64,000 nucleotides of DNA from an uncultured Spirochaetota bacterium (GTDB lineage: Bacteria > Spirochaetota > Brevinematia > Brevinematales > JAOACQ01), in contig CAVYGN010000002.1 of assembly GCA_963768055.1 (NCBI GenBank), forward strand, positions 608,001-672,000, given 5' to 3'. This document shows, piece after piece, positions 1 through 10,090 of the stretch. The stretch's first letter is position 1. Every line of letters begins with the position of its first letter. Under the pieces are notes generated by a model. That model saw only the letters and a program-made list of their open reading frames with translations. It did no database searches and was not told where the DNA came from. The position numbers and the translations under genes are program-made.

Positions 1-1649
1 CCAAAAACCTTATGGCGTCCTGTGTTACAAAGGTAAAAGAGGGTATGATCGTTCATACCAATTCTGAAAAAGCCAGGAAGGCCGCCAGGATCATATATGA
101 ACTCCTTTTGTCGGATCATCCGAAAAACTGTCTTAATTGCATCAGGAATCAAAACTGCGAATTACAAAAACTCGGGGAGATTATCCAGATTGAAGATTCC
201 CGCTTCGAGGGCCAGAGATCAAAGGATTTTATTGATGATTCCAGCGCATCGATAGTCAGGAATTCTTCAAAATGCATATCATGCAGGAGATGTGTAACTG
301 TATGCAACGAAATCCAGGGGGTAGGCGTTTTAAGCCTTCAGCATAGAGGTTTCAATGCAGTGATAGCCCCCGCCGCCGAACTTCCGTTAAATTCGGTAAA
401 TTGTTCAAATTGCGGCCAGTGCACAATCGTTTGCCCTGTAGATGCATTGAAAGAACATGATTCAACCGGATACGTCTGGAGCGCTCTTTTTAATAAATCG
501 AAAAGGATGATCGTTCAGACAGCTCCCGCAATTCGCGCCGCTCTCGGCGAAGAATTCGGCTATGATCCTGGAACTCTTGTTACGGGTAAAATGGTAAGCG
601 CTTTAAGAGAAATCGGTTTTACGGATATTTTCGACACAAACTTCGCGGCCGACCTGACTATTATTGAAGAGGGATATGAATTTCTCGGCAGATTGACGGC
701 TGAATTCAACCCTCGAAACCGGAAAACAAAACCTGCTTTGCCGATGATTACAAGCTGCAGCCCCGGATGGATAAAATTCGTCGAACATGAATATCCGGAA
801 TTTCTTTCCCATCTATCAAGCTGTAAATCTCCCCATATGATGCTCGGAACACTCATTAAAACTTATTACGCTTCAAAAATCAACATAGACCCGAAAGATA
901 TGTTTGTAGTTTCTATTATGCCCTGCACGGCTAAGAAATTCGAGATTACAAGGCCTGAAATGCGCTCCAGCGGATATCCCGATGTTGACGCTGTTCTTAC
1001 AACCCGGGAAATTGCCAGGATGATCAAAGAATCCGGCATAGATTTTAAGGCCCTTTCCGACGGGCAGTTTAATAGCCCTTTGGGGTTTTCGACCGGTGCA
1101 GCAGATATCTTCGGAGTCAGCGGCGGAGTTATGGAAGCGGCTCTCAGGACTGTTTATGAAGTTGTTACCGGACGCGAACTGCCGTTTAGAAATCTGCATA
1201 TCAAGCCAATTGAGGGCTTCGAAAGAATTAAAGAAGCAAAAATAAAAATTGAAAATCCTGTAAAAGAATTTGATTATCTTGAAGGAGTTTCCATAAATGT
1301 AGCCGTTACGAGCGGCCTTGCCGGAGCCAGGATCCTGCTTAATCAAATACAGGATGGAAATTCACCTTATCACTTTATAGAAGTTATGGGGTGCCCCGGA
1401 GGGTGTATAAGCGGAGGGGGCCAGCCAAGGCCAATAAATGAATCGTTCAGAGAAAAAAGGCTTCAGGCAATTTACAGGGAAGATGAAGGAAAACCCATAA
1501 GAAAATCACATGAAAACCCTTTTATAAAAACCCTTTATGATGAATTTTTGAAAGAACCTCTCAGTCATAAGGCCCATGAACTTCTTCATACCGTATATAT
1601 GAAGAGAGGACGGTATAACCAGTTTATTGATTTGAAGGAGCGGCAATGA
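1..1649 (+). CDS. hydA: [FeFe]-hydrogenase group A catalytic subunit (HydA/HndD-like), 5'-truncated by window edge
   Basis: H-cluster motifs TSCSPGW, MPCTAKKFE and EVMGCPGGCISGGGQP; His-ligated cluster HPKNCLNC..C; two CxxCxxCxxxC ferredoxin motifs; frame is open upstream of ATG 12. Confidence 0.95.
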   Translation, partial: KNLMASCVTKVKEGMIVHTNSEKARKAARIIYELLLSDHPKNCLNCIRNQNCELQKLGEIIQIEDSRFEGQRSKDFIDDSSASIVRNSSKCISCRRCVTVCNEIQGVGVLSLQHRGFNAVIAPAAELPLNSVNCSNCGQCTIVCPVDALKEHDSTGYVWSALFNKSKRMIVQTAPAIRAALGEEFGYDPGTLVTGKMVSALREIGFTDIFDTNFAADLTIIEEGYEFLGRLTAEFNPRNRKTKPALPMITSCSPGWIKFVEHEYPEFLSHLSSCKSPHMMLGTLIKTYYASKINIDPKDMFVVSIMPCTAKKFEITRPEMRSSGYPDVDAVLTTREIARMIKESGIDFKALSDGQFNSPLGFSTGAADIFGVSGGVMEAALRTVYEVVTGRELPFRNLHIKPIEGFERIKEAKIKIENPVKEFDYLEGVSINVAVTSGLAGARILLNQIQDGNSPYHFIEVMGCPGGCISGGGQPRPINESFREKRLQAIYREDEGKPIRKSHENPFIKTLYDEFLKEPLSHKAHELLHTVYMKRGRYNQFIDLKERQ

Positions 1650-2371
1650 AAATCATTAAATTTATTCCAATAGTTTTAATTTTCACTCCCTTGCTCGTAT
1701 TTTCCCTTGATAATGAACGCTTGAGCAGGGAAGCGGAATTTGAAAAGCTTACAAATAATGAAGATTTTTTTGTCAACTCGCCTTTCATAACGCCCGATTC
1801 AATAATCTTCTTTTATAAGAGCAAAGCCTCCAAAATTCTTGTCGGTGGTGATTTTAACGATTGGAAGCCTGAACTCCTGATGCGGGAGACAGAAACGAAT
1901 TTCTGGCAATATTCATGGGAAACACGCCTCCCGAAAGGCATATACAAGTATAAACTTATGGTTGATGATATCTGGATAAATGATCCTAATAATACGAATG
2001 TCATTACCGATGACAGCGGACAGCCCGTGTCATATTTTGAGCTGAAAGAAGATTTTATCCCTGGAGCTACATACCCTTTATGGCTTGAAAAGGACTTGTA
2101 TCAATTTAAATATGAAAATATCTCGGCTAAGAGCGTCTCGCTAGTCGGCGATTTTAATAACTGGAATCCTTATTTGACTATTCTTACAAATATGGGAGCA
2201 GGCGAGTTTTTTGTTAAAGTCAGACTCAAACCGGGAATACATTCATACTGCTTTGTCGTTGACGACGAGTGGAAAGCCGATCCAAACAATCTTAATCAAT
2301 ACAGCGATAGAACCGGGACGATAATAAACATTATTTATGTTCCGGAAAGGGGAAAAGGGGGTCTGCATTGA
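1646..2371 (+). CDS. Exported protein with two CBM48/AMPK-type glycogen-binding (early set) domains
   Basis: N-terminal signal peptide; two copies of V(G)GDFNxW...L..G.(Y/H).Y..VDD.W..DP.N; ATGA overlap with hydA stop. Confidence 0.85.
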   Translation: MKIIKFIPIVLIFTPLLVFSLDNERLSREAEFEKLTNNEDFFVNSPFITPDSIIFFYKSKASKILVGGDFNDWKPELLMRETETNFWQYSWETRLPKGIYKYKLMVDDIWINDPNNTNVITDDSGQPVSYFELKEDFIPGATYPLWLEKDLYQFKYENISAKSVSLVGDFNNWNPYLTILTNMGAGEFFVKVRLKPGIHSYCFVVDDEWKADPNNLNQYSDRTGTIINIIYVPERGKGGLH

Positions 2372-3549
2372 TAAAAAGCTTTTTAAGTTCCCCGGGCCCG
2401 ACCGCAGTCCCGGCTGAAGTCCTGTCGGATATGTCGCTTCCCCTCATACATCACAGGACTCCGATGTTTTCAAATATAGTAAAAGAAAACCTCACTTTAT
2501 TAAAATACATCTTTAAAACTAAAAACCCCATAATAACACTTACATCTTCCGGCACCGGGGCTATGGAAGCCTCTATAACAAACTTTCTTTCCAGGGAAAG
2601 CAAGATCCTTGTCTTATCTGCCGGAAAATTCGGAGAAAGATTCGGAGAGATTGGGAGGTCTTACGGGACTCAAGTGATCGAACTCAAGGCGCCTTACGGC
2701 CGGGATGTCAAGGTCAGGGAAGTTGAAGAAGTCCTCGGGAATAATCCGGATATTGAAGCTGTTTATACCGAATACAGCGAGACTTCGACAGGGGTGGCAT
2801 TCGATATAAAGGGCTTGGCGGAATTAGTCCGTAATACCGAAGCAATATTGGCCGTCGACGGTATTACAGCAATAGGAGCTATGGAATTCAAGATGGACGA
2901 ATGGGGCATCGATGTTGCTATCGCAGGATCTCAAAAGTCATTCATGATACCGCCGGGGTTAGCCTTTATTGCGGTATCGGAAAAAGCCTCCCGGAAAATG
3001 AAGAACTCAGGCCTGCCCAAATTTTACTTCGATCTTGCAAGGGAGTTGAGGAGCCTTGAAAAATCGACGACCTCATGGACGCCGGCCATTACACTTTTCA
3101 TTGGTCTTAACAGGGCCTTGAAGATGATGGAGAAAGAGGGTATCGATAATATAATTCAGAGGCACCATAAAATCGCGGAAATCATAAGGAGTTCGGTCAA
3201 ATCCATCGGCCTGGAACTTCTCGCCGGGGATAATGACATTTGCCCTTCCGACGCCTTAACGGCAGTTATAGTTCCAAAGAATATAAACGGGGCTAAAATT
3301 CCCGGGATCATGAGAGATAAGTATGGTGTAACTATATCCGGAGGGCAGGGTTCTCTCAAGGGTAATATTTTCCGCCTTGGTCATCTTGGCTATGTGGATA
3401 AGTCTGATATACTGATAGTACTGCAGGCTATGGAATTGACCCTGAAAGACCTGGGATACATTTTTGAAGCCGGGAAGAGCGTTTCTACAGCCCAGAAAAT
3501 GATCATGGAAAAAATATACTTTTCCGAAAACCATAACGGCGCTGATTAA
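2368..3549 (+). CDS. Class V PLP aminotransferase (serine-pyruvate/alanine-glyoxylate family)
   Basis: SPGPT, HHRT, SGTGAME, ETSTG, GSQK (PLP lysine), FRLGHLG; TTG start overlapping upstream stop. Confidence 0.9.
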   Translation: MIKSFLSSPGPTAVPAEVLSDMSLPLIHHRTPMFSNIVKENLTLLKYIFKTKNPIITLTSSGTGAMEASITNFLSRESKILVLSAGKFGERFGEIGRSYGTQVIELKAPYGRDVKVREVEEVLGNNPDIEAVYTEYSETSTGVAFDIKGLAELVRNTEAILAVDGITAIGAMEFKMDEWGIDVAIAGSQKSFMIPPGLAFIAVSEKASRKMKNSGLPKFYFDLARELRSLEKSTTSWTPAITLFIGLNRALKMMEKEGIDNIIQRHHKIAEIIRSSVKSIGLELLAGDNDICPSDALTAVIVPKNINGAKIPGIMRDKYGVTISGGQGSLKGNIFRLGHLGYVDKSDILIVLQAMELTLKDLGYIFEAGKSVSTAQKMIMEKIYFSENHNGAD

Positions 3550-4061
3550 GAGCCCCCTTTACGCAATAAAAATGAAATGAGATTGATCTCGTTCTCAAGA
3601 TAACCTAAGTTGAGAAGCTCTTCCCTGGTCTTGCCTGTTCGCAGGTAATACTTAAGCTTTTCGCTTCTTGTCATTTCGTTTAACGTTGTTAGAAAAGGTT
3701 TATCAGGAATAATTTCGGCCGCTTGTTTAACCGAATTCTTTTTTTCTTTTACGGGGGTAGCAGGACGCTTTTCAACTATTTTTTCAATGACAATCGGTTT
3801 ATTCATCCTCTCGATCCTTTCATCCATAGTAATCATCTTGACGTTTGCTTTTTTAAGTATCTCCTGAAGCTGAGCAATTCTCGATTCGAGAAGTTCAATG
3901 TTACGGGCTGCCGCCCCGTTAAATTCGGTTATCAAACCTTCGAGCTCTTTCCTGGCATCATCAATGATGATATTATCTTTTATATTTTTAATTTTATTAG
4001 TGGTCATAAAAAAAAGGAAAACTGCCATTCCAAAAACAATTAGCGATATGAATATGTCCAT
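3546..4061 (-). CDS. Hypothetical membrane-anchored coiled-coil protein
   Basis: N-terminal TM helix, coiled coil, short C-terminal helical domain; likely start at MDIFIS (4061). Confidence 0.7.
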   Translation of the reverse strand: MDIFISLIVFGMAVFLFFMTTNKIKNIKDNIIIDDARKELEGLITEFNGAAARNIELLESRIAQLQEILKKANVKMITMDERIERMNKPIVIEKIVEKRPATPVKEKKNSVKQAAEIIPDKPFLTTLNEMTRSEKLKYYLRTGKTREELLNLGYLENEINLISFLLRKGGS

Positions 4062-4184
4062 AATTTTATGATAATGCAAGAAAGCAATAATATCAAGAGG
4101 CTTAAGCGGAGCTTAGTGCGGAGCTATAGTTAATTATTTGATAAATAACAACATTAAAGCTAAAATTTAAAATGGAGTGACAAG

Positions 4185-5321
4185 ATGATCTATCTGGATA
4201 ACGCCGCCACAAGTTTTCCCAAGCCCGAGCGTGTTTATAAAAAAATGGATGAATTTTACAGAAAATATGGTGCAAATCCGGGCCGTTCCGGACATAAAAT
4301 GGCTATGACGGCTTCTCAGGCTATCGAAAACGTACGCAGCGAATTAGCCGGCTTTTTCCATTCACCGGGGCCGGAACATGTAATTTTCACACTTAACGCC
4401 ACGGATGCCCTGAATATGGCGCTTTCAGGCTTGCTGAGACCTGGGGATGAAGCGATCACTACTGTATTGGATCATAACTCACTTTCACGCCCAATAAACC
4501 TCCTGGCAAAAGAGAGGGGTGTAAAGATAATTAGGGCAGTTCCCCGCGGCGAACAAATAGACCCTGATGAAATCAGGGGTTTCCTGACAAAAAAAACAAA
4601 AATAGTCGCGCTGACCCATGCCTCAAATGTTACAGGATGGGTACAGGATGCAGATCTTATTGGAAAAATAGTCAGAGAAAACTCTGATGCTTACTTTCTA
4701 CTGGATGCGGCACAGACCGCGGGCATATTGCCTATAGATATGAGAGAAAGTTCGATAGATATTCTTGCTTTTACAGGGCATAAAGCCCTTTACGGCCCGA
4801 TGGGGACAGGAGGCCTGGCCCTATCGGACAGGGTCGATCTTCCCCCTTTCAGGGTAGGAGGAAGCGGCTACGATTCTGAAAACGAGTCCCATCCAAGAGA
4901 ATTGCCATACAGGCTGGAAGCAGGAACAGAAAACCTGCCGGGCATAGTCGGCCTTGGAGAAGGACTTGAATTCATACTAGACAGGGGAATTGATATAATA
5001 AGAACAAGAGAATTGCTGCTTCGCGACATTTTACTCGATGGCCTTCGCAGCATCGACAGAATAAAGATTTATACCAGTTCCGGAGTTAATTCAGGACTGG
5101 GTTTAATAAGCATCACACTGGATAACATTTCACCCGCCGACGCGGCGACGATCCTTGATGGAGAGTTCGGCATTGCAGTTCGTCCGGGTCTGCAATGTGC
5201 TCCATATATGCATAAGCACCTCCGGACTTTCCCGAAAGGAACTGTAAGGTTAAGCATAGGCTGTTTCAATAATGAAGAAGAAATCCTGCAAACCGTCCAG
5301 GCAATAAAGCAAATAATCTAA
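4185..5321 (+). CDS. Cysteine desulfurase family protein (class V PLP enzyme)
   Basis: IYLDNAATS, HASNVTG, DAAQ, FTGHK, EAGT, RPGLQCAP active-site Cys. Confidence 0.9.
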   Translation: MIYLDNAATSFPKPERVYKKMDEFYRKYGANPGRSGHKMAMTASQAIENVRSELAGFFHSPGPEHVIFTLNATDALNMALSGLLRPGDEAITTVLDHNSLSRPINLLAKERGVKIIRAVPRGEQIDPDEIRGFLTKKTKIVALTHASNVTGWVQDADLIGKIVRENSDAYFLLDAAQTAGILPIDMRESSIDILAFTGHKALYGPMGTGGLALSDRVDLPPFRVGGSGYDSENESHPRELPYRLEAGTENLPGIVGLGEGLEFILDRGIDIIRTRELLLRDILLDGLRSIDRIKIYTSSGVNSGLGLISITLDNISPADAATILDGEFGIAVRPGLQCAPYMHKHLRTFPKGTVRLSIGCFNNEEEILQTVQAIKQII

Positions 5322-5406
5322 TAATTCAAAACCAACCGGCTGCTTTACTTATCGGTAGGCTATATCCGAAAATATAAAGCGCCCTATAATAATCGGAGGT
5401 ACGGTT

Positions 5407-5847
5407 ATGAAGTTTGGAGAAGTTCTTATCAAACTTGGTTTCACAACGGAACAAAAGCTTGACATAGCCTTACAGGAACAGGAATTTACATTAAACTCTA
5501 TCGGTTTTTCCGAGCCTATAGGGTTGATATTTCTGAGAAATGGAGTAATCACTGAAGAACAGCATACCGCGGCAGTGATCGAATATTTTAAACAGGTTAT
5601 AACGGACACCGAAAAGCCTGAATATGTAAGAAAAACAGCAACTATCGCTATTAAAGCCCTTGAAAACGAAAGTGTTCCGAACAAGCTTTCGCATGAATCC
5701 AAGATCGCCCTGCTGAATAAAATCGAGGAATGCGAAGAAAGGGTAGCCCAGCTGGATAACTCCAAGCTCCCCCAGAAGGATCTCATCATTTCTCAACAGA
5801 TGAAAACTATCGATATGATTAAAAAAGATCTAGAAACCCTGGCTTGA
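5407..5847 (+). CDS. Small protein with N-terminal MshEN-like motifs
   Basis: GGAGG RBS; KFGEVLIKLGFTTEQKLDIALQEQ and PIGLIFLRNGVITEEQ resemble RLGxxLxxxGxIxxxxLxxALxxQ. Confidence 0.65.
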   Translation: MKFGEVLIKLGFTTEQKLDIALQEQEFTLNSIGFSEPIGLIFLRNGVITEEQHTAAVIEYFKQVITDTEKPEYVRKTATIAIKALENESVPNKLSHESKIALLNKIEECEERVAQLDNSKLPQKDLIISQQMKTIDMIKKDLETLA

Positions 5848-5857
5848 CTAAACCATA

Positions 5858-7912
5858 TTATTTTGAAAGGTAATATTTTATCATAAATAGTGAAATATAA
5901 TTTTTAAGGGATTCGATGTCGGCGACTTTTTTGAAAGTCGATTCGGTTTTCATCATATCATTTGTCTCCCTTTTAACTATATCGGCCGTAACCTGTTTAA
6001 TAAACCCCAGCCTATGCTGTATTTTTGTCTTCACCATGTTAATATTTTCCTGCCTGGCTTCCGGATTAATCGTATGGTTCCATTTGCTTTCAAAATAAGT
6101 CAGCATATCATCCAGATTTTTCCCGCCTATAAGCTTCTGCTGCAGCGTCAACATCTGTTCCTTGATCATCTTAATTTTCTGTTTTTCCTTAATTGAGCCC
6201 TGATCCGGGGCTTCCTTCTTTTCAATATTTTTCGGTTTATCCTTTTTAGCTGCCAGTAGCTGTGAAAGTTTAGGCTGGTTCTTTTTTTCATACAGTTGAT
6301 TTTCAACAGCTTTATCCATATATTTCCCGAACCCGCTCAATAATTTCAAAATGAAGCCCAAAATTGGAATCCTGTAAATAAAAGGTATCCTGTTGTTGAC
6401 ATCCCTCAATATCTTATCCCAGCTGATCAAGAGGATGTCGCCAAGACTTTTCATATGCGGGACTTCATCATCGCGTGTCGGAGAATAAAAGAACCTATCG
6501 ATCCTTGATAAAACTTTAGGATCATTTTTGCCATAGAATTTCAACAGAGAATAAAGCAGTTCTGGTTCTTCAACTACCTGAACCACAACAGGGTCTTTCT
6601 TGTGAAAATAATCATTTACGAAATTATCAAAAAGATCCGGATTCCTTATTAATGGATCTTTCAAAATAGCCTCTTTTTCCTTATCCATCCTGTCATTCAG
6701 CTGTTTTTTCAAATCATATGCAATACTGTCAAGTTTTTCAAAGAAATTAGGTAATATATGAGATCTGTAAATAAACTTTTGTTCTTCGCCTTCTTTAACT
6801 TTGACAATTCTCGGCGGCACATCGATGCTTTCCGAAACTGTATATTTTTTAATAAGATCATTTACCAAATCGATATAATCCCTTTCCGAATGAAGTCTTA
6901 AATATGCATGCTTTTCACGCAACTGAAGTAGTTGCGCCTTGCTGAACAAAAGAGGGTATGATTCCATTATCTTTAATAAAACTTCCAGTGACTTGTCGGA
7001 ATGGGTTTTCTTTTGTATTTCATCGCTTTTGATAATGGACATATATTTAATGATTTCACTCGACTCGAAAATGGTTGATGTCTTTTCATTGAATAGCGAC
7101 ATATTCATTATTTCAGCCGCCAGGGCAGCCCATAAATTCGGATCGACGGTATTGGATTTCAATATCGCATCCATTTTATTTACCGAGGCAAGGCTCTGGA
7201 ATTGCTGTTTCAATTTTGAAAGAAGCAGCATAGCCATATCATGGTTTCTTGTAAGGTGCTTCCTTAGCTTATCGAAAGCTAATTCTACCAGAAAAGGCAG
7301 GTCTTCGGAAAGAACTATGATGTCGTTATTTGATGGAAATATGATTTTAACAAGCGGCGCACCTTTGGATAGTTCATTTATCTTCTGCTGGGTCAATTCA
7401 CGAATAGAAATAACCGAGAGAACTTTGCTCGACAACCCGGTCTTGGGAATAAAATCACCGGTTATAAATGGTTTCTCAGCGTCCTTTTTGATAATTATAT
7501 ATTCGTTTTTCAATTTGTTTATTAATGCCTGAACTTCCTCAGGTTTCAAGGTTTGAGGATCGAACAGGATCAATGCTGTAATTTTATTATCTTTAACATC
7601 CGATCTGCAGTAATTTTTTTTATGAAGATAATAATAAACCTTCCTTAGCAGAGAGACTATATTGTCTTCAACTTTAAGCGCGTTTGTATTTGTACGCAAT
7701 CCGTATTCATAAAGATATTTATAAAATTCCTGCAGCGGTATATATGCTGTCTTATACTTATCGGAGTATTCCGCAATCGCCAGAAAAACCGCAAGCTCGT
7801 TTTTATCCATAATACCAAGGTCATTGGAAATTTCCAATTTCTGCCTCTCATCATATGAGACCCAACCTGGAATATCCCTGTATTCTTTTTGAATGGAGGC
7901 GCTTGATTCCAT
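5858..7912 (-). CDS. Large conserved-type hypothetical protein (684 aa, mostly helical)
   Basis: Long ORF with GAGG RBS; no recognised catalytic motif; amphipathic segment IPFIYRIPILGFILKLL near C-terminus. Confidence 0.8.
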   Translation of the reverse strand: MESSASIQKEYRDIPGWVSYDERQKLEISNDLGIMDKNELAVFLAIAEYSDKYKTAYIPLQEFYKYLYEYGLRTNTNALKVEDNIVSLLRKVYYYLHKKNYCRSDVKDNKITALILFDPQTLKPEEVQALINKLKNEYIIIKKDAEKPFITGDFIPKTGLSSKVLSVISIRELTQQKINELSKGAPLVKIIFPSNNDIIVLSEDLPFLVELAFDKLRKHLTRNHDMAMLLLSKLKQQFQSLASVNKMDAILKSNTVDPNLWAALAAEIMNMSLFNEKTSTIFESSEIIKYMSIIKSDEIQKKTHSDKSLEVLLKIMESYPLLFSKAQLLQLREKHAYLRLHSERDYIDLVNDLIKKYTVSESIDVPPRIVKVKEGEEQKFIYRSHILPNFFEKLDSIAYDLKKQLNDRMDKEKEAILKDPLIRNPDLFDNFVNDYFHKKDPVVVQVVEEPELLYSLLKFYGKNDPKVLSRIDRFFYSPTRDDEVPHMKSLGDILLISWDKILRDVNNRIPFIYRIPILGFILKLLSGFGKYMDKAVENQLYEKKNQPKLSQLLAAKKDKPKNIEKKEAPDQGSIKEKQKIKMIKEQMLTLQQKLIGGKNLDDMLTYFESKWNHTINPEARQENINMVKTKIQHRLGFIKQVTADIVKRETNDMMKTESTFKKVADIESLKNYISLFMIKYYLSK

Positions 7913-8069
7913 AAAGACCTCTATTACCCGGCGATTATTATTAAAAGTTCCTTATTATTTTAGTGATATTAATAAGTATTGTCAAAGAGAATGCAAAATA
8001 TTGAAACTTTTTCAGCCATAGAATATATTTAATGGGTGCTTCAGTTGTAAAGTTTAAAAGGAGCGGTTA

Positions 8070-9320
8070 ATGACGGTTCAAAAATCATATATTGAAGAAA
8101 TTGCCAGGAAGGCAAAAGAAACATCTTACGAGATAGCTTTAAAAGGAACAAATGAAAAAAATGCGCTTCTTTATAGTTTTGCCGATGAATTGACAAAAAA
8201 CCATGAATTCATTATTGAAGAAAATAAAAAAGACATATCCTTCGCAACCAAAAACGAAAAGAGCAAAGCTTTTATAGACCGCCTGACCCTGAACAAAAAA
8301 CGAATCGAAGCGATGGCTAACACGGTCAGAGAAATCGCCTTGCAACCTGATCCAACAGGAGGAGGCTACATAATTACAAGGCCGAACGGACTTAAAATAA
8401 TGAAAATAAGAGTCCCGATCGGGGTTGTCGCTATAATATATGAATCAAGGCCTAATGTGACAAGCGATATCGCCGCTATGGCTATTAAATCAGGAAATTC
8501 GGTGATTCTCAGGGGAGGTAAAGAATCGCTTCAGTCGAATTGCGCTATTGTGGGGTCAGTTCATACCGTAATGAAAAAAAACGGTTTTCCGACTGATTCC
8601 GTTCAGTTGCTTGAAAAAACCGATTATGAAATTTTAGCTGAATTATTAAGGATGAACAATTATTTAGATGTTGTCATACCCAGGGGCGGAGAAAATCTGA
8701 TTAAATTTGTAGATGAACATTCAATGATTCCTGTAATAAAGCATGATAAAGGTATCTGCCATGTTTACATTGATGAAAGCGCCGAGAAAAATAAAGCGGA
8801 AAAAATCATTATTAACGCTAAGGTCCAGAAACCCTCCGTCTGCAACTCTGCTGAAACATTATTGATCCATGAAAAATATCCGTATACGAAAAGCCTGATC
8901 CAGGCCCTGATCGATAGCGGAGTCGAAATCGTAGGAGACAGCGGTATTCTTAAATTATTCCCACAATTGAAACCGGCGACGGATGCAGATTGGTATACTG
9001 AGTATCTTGACCTTAAAATTTCAGCTAAAATAGTAAATGACGTTGATGAAGCGATTAACCATATTAATCACTACGGATCTCATCATTCCGATGCAATTGT
9101 CAGTGAAAGTTACAAAAACATACAGAAGTTTTTGGACAGGGTTGACAGTGCAGCTGTTTACGCTAACGCTTCAACCAGGTTTACCGATGGCGGCGAATTC
9201 GGACTGGGTGCAGAGGTTGGAATTTCTACTCAGAAAATCCATGGGAGGGGCCCTATGGGGCTTGAAGGGCTTACTACGGAAAAATGGGTGGTTTACGGGG
9301 ACGGGCAGGTCAGGGAATAG
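8070..9320 (+). CDS. proA: Gamma-glutamyl phosphate reductase
   Basis: IYESRPNVT, LRGGKE, VCNSAETLL, NASTRFTDG, STQKIHGRGPMGL. Confidence 0.97.
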   Translation: MTVQKSYIEEIARKAKETSYEIALKGTNEKNALLYSFADELTKNHEFIIEENKKDISFATKNEKSKAFIDRLTLNKKRIEAMANTVREIALQPDPTGGGYIITRPNGLKIMKIRVPIGVVAIIYESRPNVTSDIAAMAIKSGNSVILRGGKESLQSNCAIVGSVHTVMKKNGFPTDSVQLLEKTDYEILAELLRMNNYLDVVIPRGGENLIKFVDEHSMIPVIKHDKGICHVYIDESAEKNKAEKIIINAKVQKPSVCNSAETLLIHEKYPYTKSLIQALIDSGVEIVGDSGILKLFPQLKPATDADWYTEYLDLKISAKIVNDVDEAINHINHYGSHHSDAIVSESYKNIQKFLDRVDSAAVYANASTRFTDGGEFGLGAEVGISTQKIHGRGPMGLEGLTTEKWVVYGDGQVRE

Positions 9321-9323
9321 TCA

Positions 9324-10001
9324 ATGAAGCGCAAGGTCGGTATCTTGGGCGGCTCTTTTAACCCTCCTCATAATGCACATATTTTACTGGGAAATTCCGC
9401 ATTTAAATATTTAAAACTTCAATCGCTTATATATATACCGACCCACATTCCCTCTCACAAAACTATTAAAGATGGCTGGAGCGGCCCTATCAGGTCGCTT
9501 ATGATCAAACTGGCTGTATTTCATATAACCCCTGCTGAAGCCCTTAACTCCATTAAATTATTAACGGTTTCTGAAGAAAAAATCGGTACCTTTTTTTCCC
9601 TGTACGAAGATTTATATCACAGGTTCCACAGGGATGAAATTTCTGTGTCGGATTTGGAAATTAAAAGTGATCATGTCTCATATACAATAGATACGATAAA
9701 AAATTTATTAGGTTCAAATCCCGATTGGGTCCTGTTTATTATTATCGGGATGGACCAGGCAAAAATTCTGGATTCCTGGAAAGATTACCTTGAACTTTCT
9801 TCTCTGGCCAGGTTTTGCGCTGCAGACAGGGAAGGCATTAAAACTGAAGAAGTTAAAAAGCGTTTCCCCTTTATAGAATTTTTCCCATTCCCAAAAATCG
9901 ATATTTCTTCATCATTAATCAGAAAAAATATCAATTCAGGGCGAAAAATCACCGGGCTGGTACCCCCGATAATCGAAGAGTTTATCGAACTTATGAAATA
10001 A
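9324..10001 (+). CDS. nadD: Nicotinate-nucleotide adenylyltransferase
   Basis: GGSFNPPHNAH, SYTIDT, IIGMD, ISSSLIR; follows proA. Confidence 0.9.
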   Translation: MKRKVGILGGSFNPPHNAHILLGNSAFKYLKLQSLIYIPTHIPSHKTIKDGWSGPIRSLMIKLAVFHITPAEALNSIKLLTVSEEKIGTFFSLYEDLYHRFHRDEISVSDLEIKSDHVSYTIDTIKNLLGSNPDWVLFIIIGMDQAKILDSWKDYLELSSLARFCAADREGIKTEEVKKRFPFIEFFPFPKIDISSSLIRKNINSGRKITGLVPPIIEEFIELMK

Positions 10002-10011
10002 TGCCCTAACT

Positions 10012-10038
10012 TCCCATAACAATGGGATTGTATTTTTT
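10012..10038 (+). terminator. Weak putative intrinsic terminator after nadD
   Basis: TCCCAT-aaca-ATGGGA hairpin followed by TTGTATTTTTT. Confidence 0.4.
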
Positions 10039-10090
10039 CTATAGATTATCTTATAATTTACATCGCAGTTAATTATTACAAGGAGCCGGC

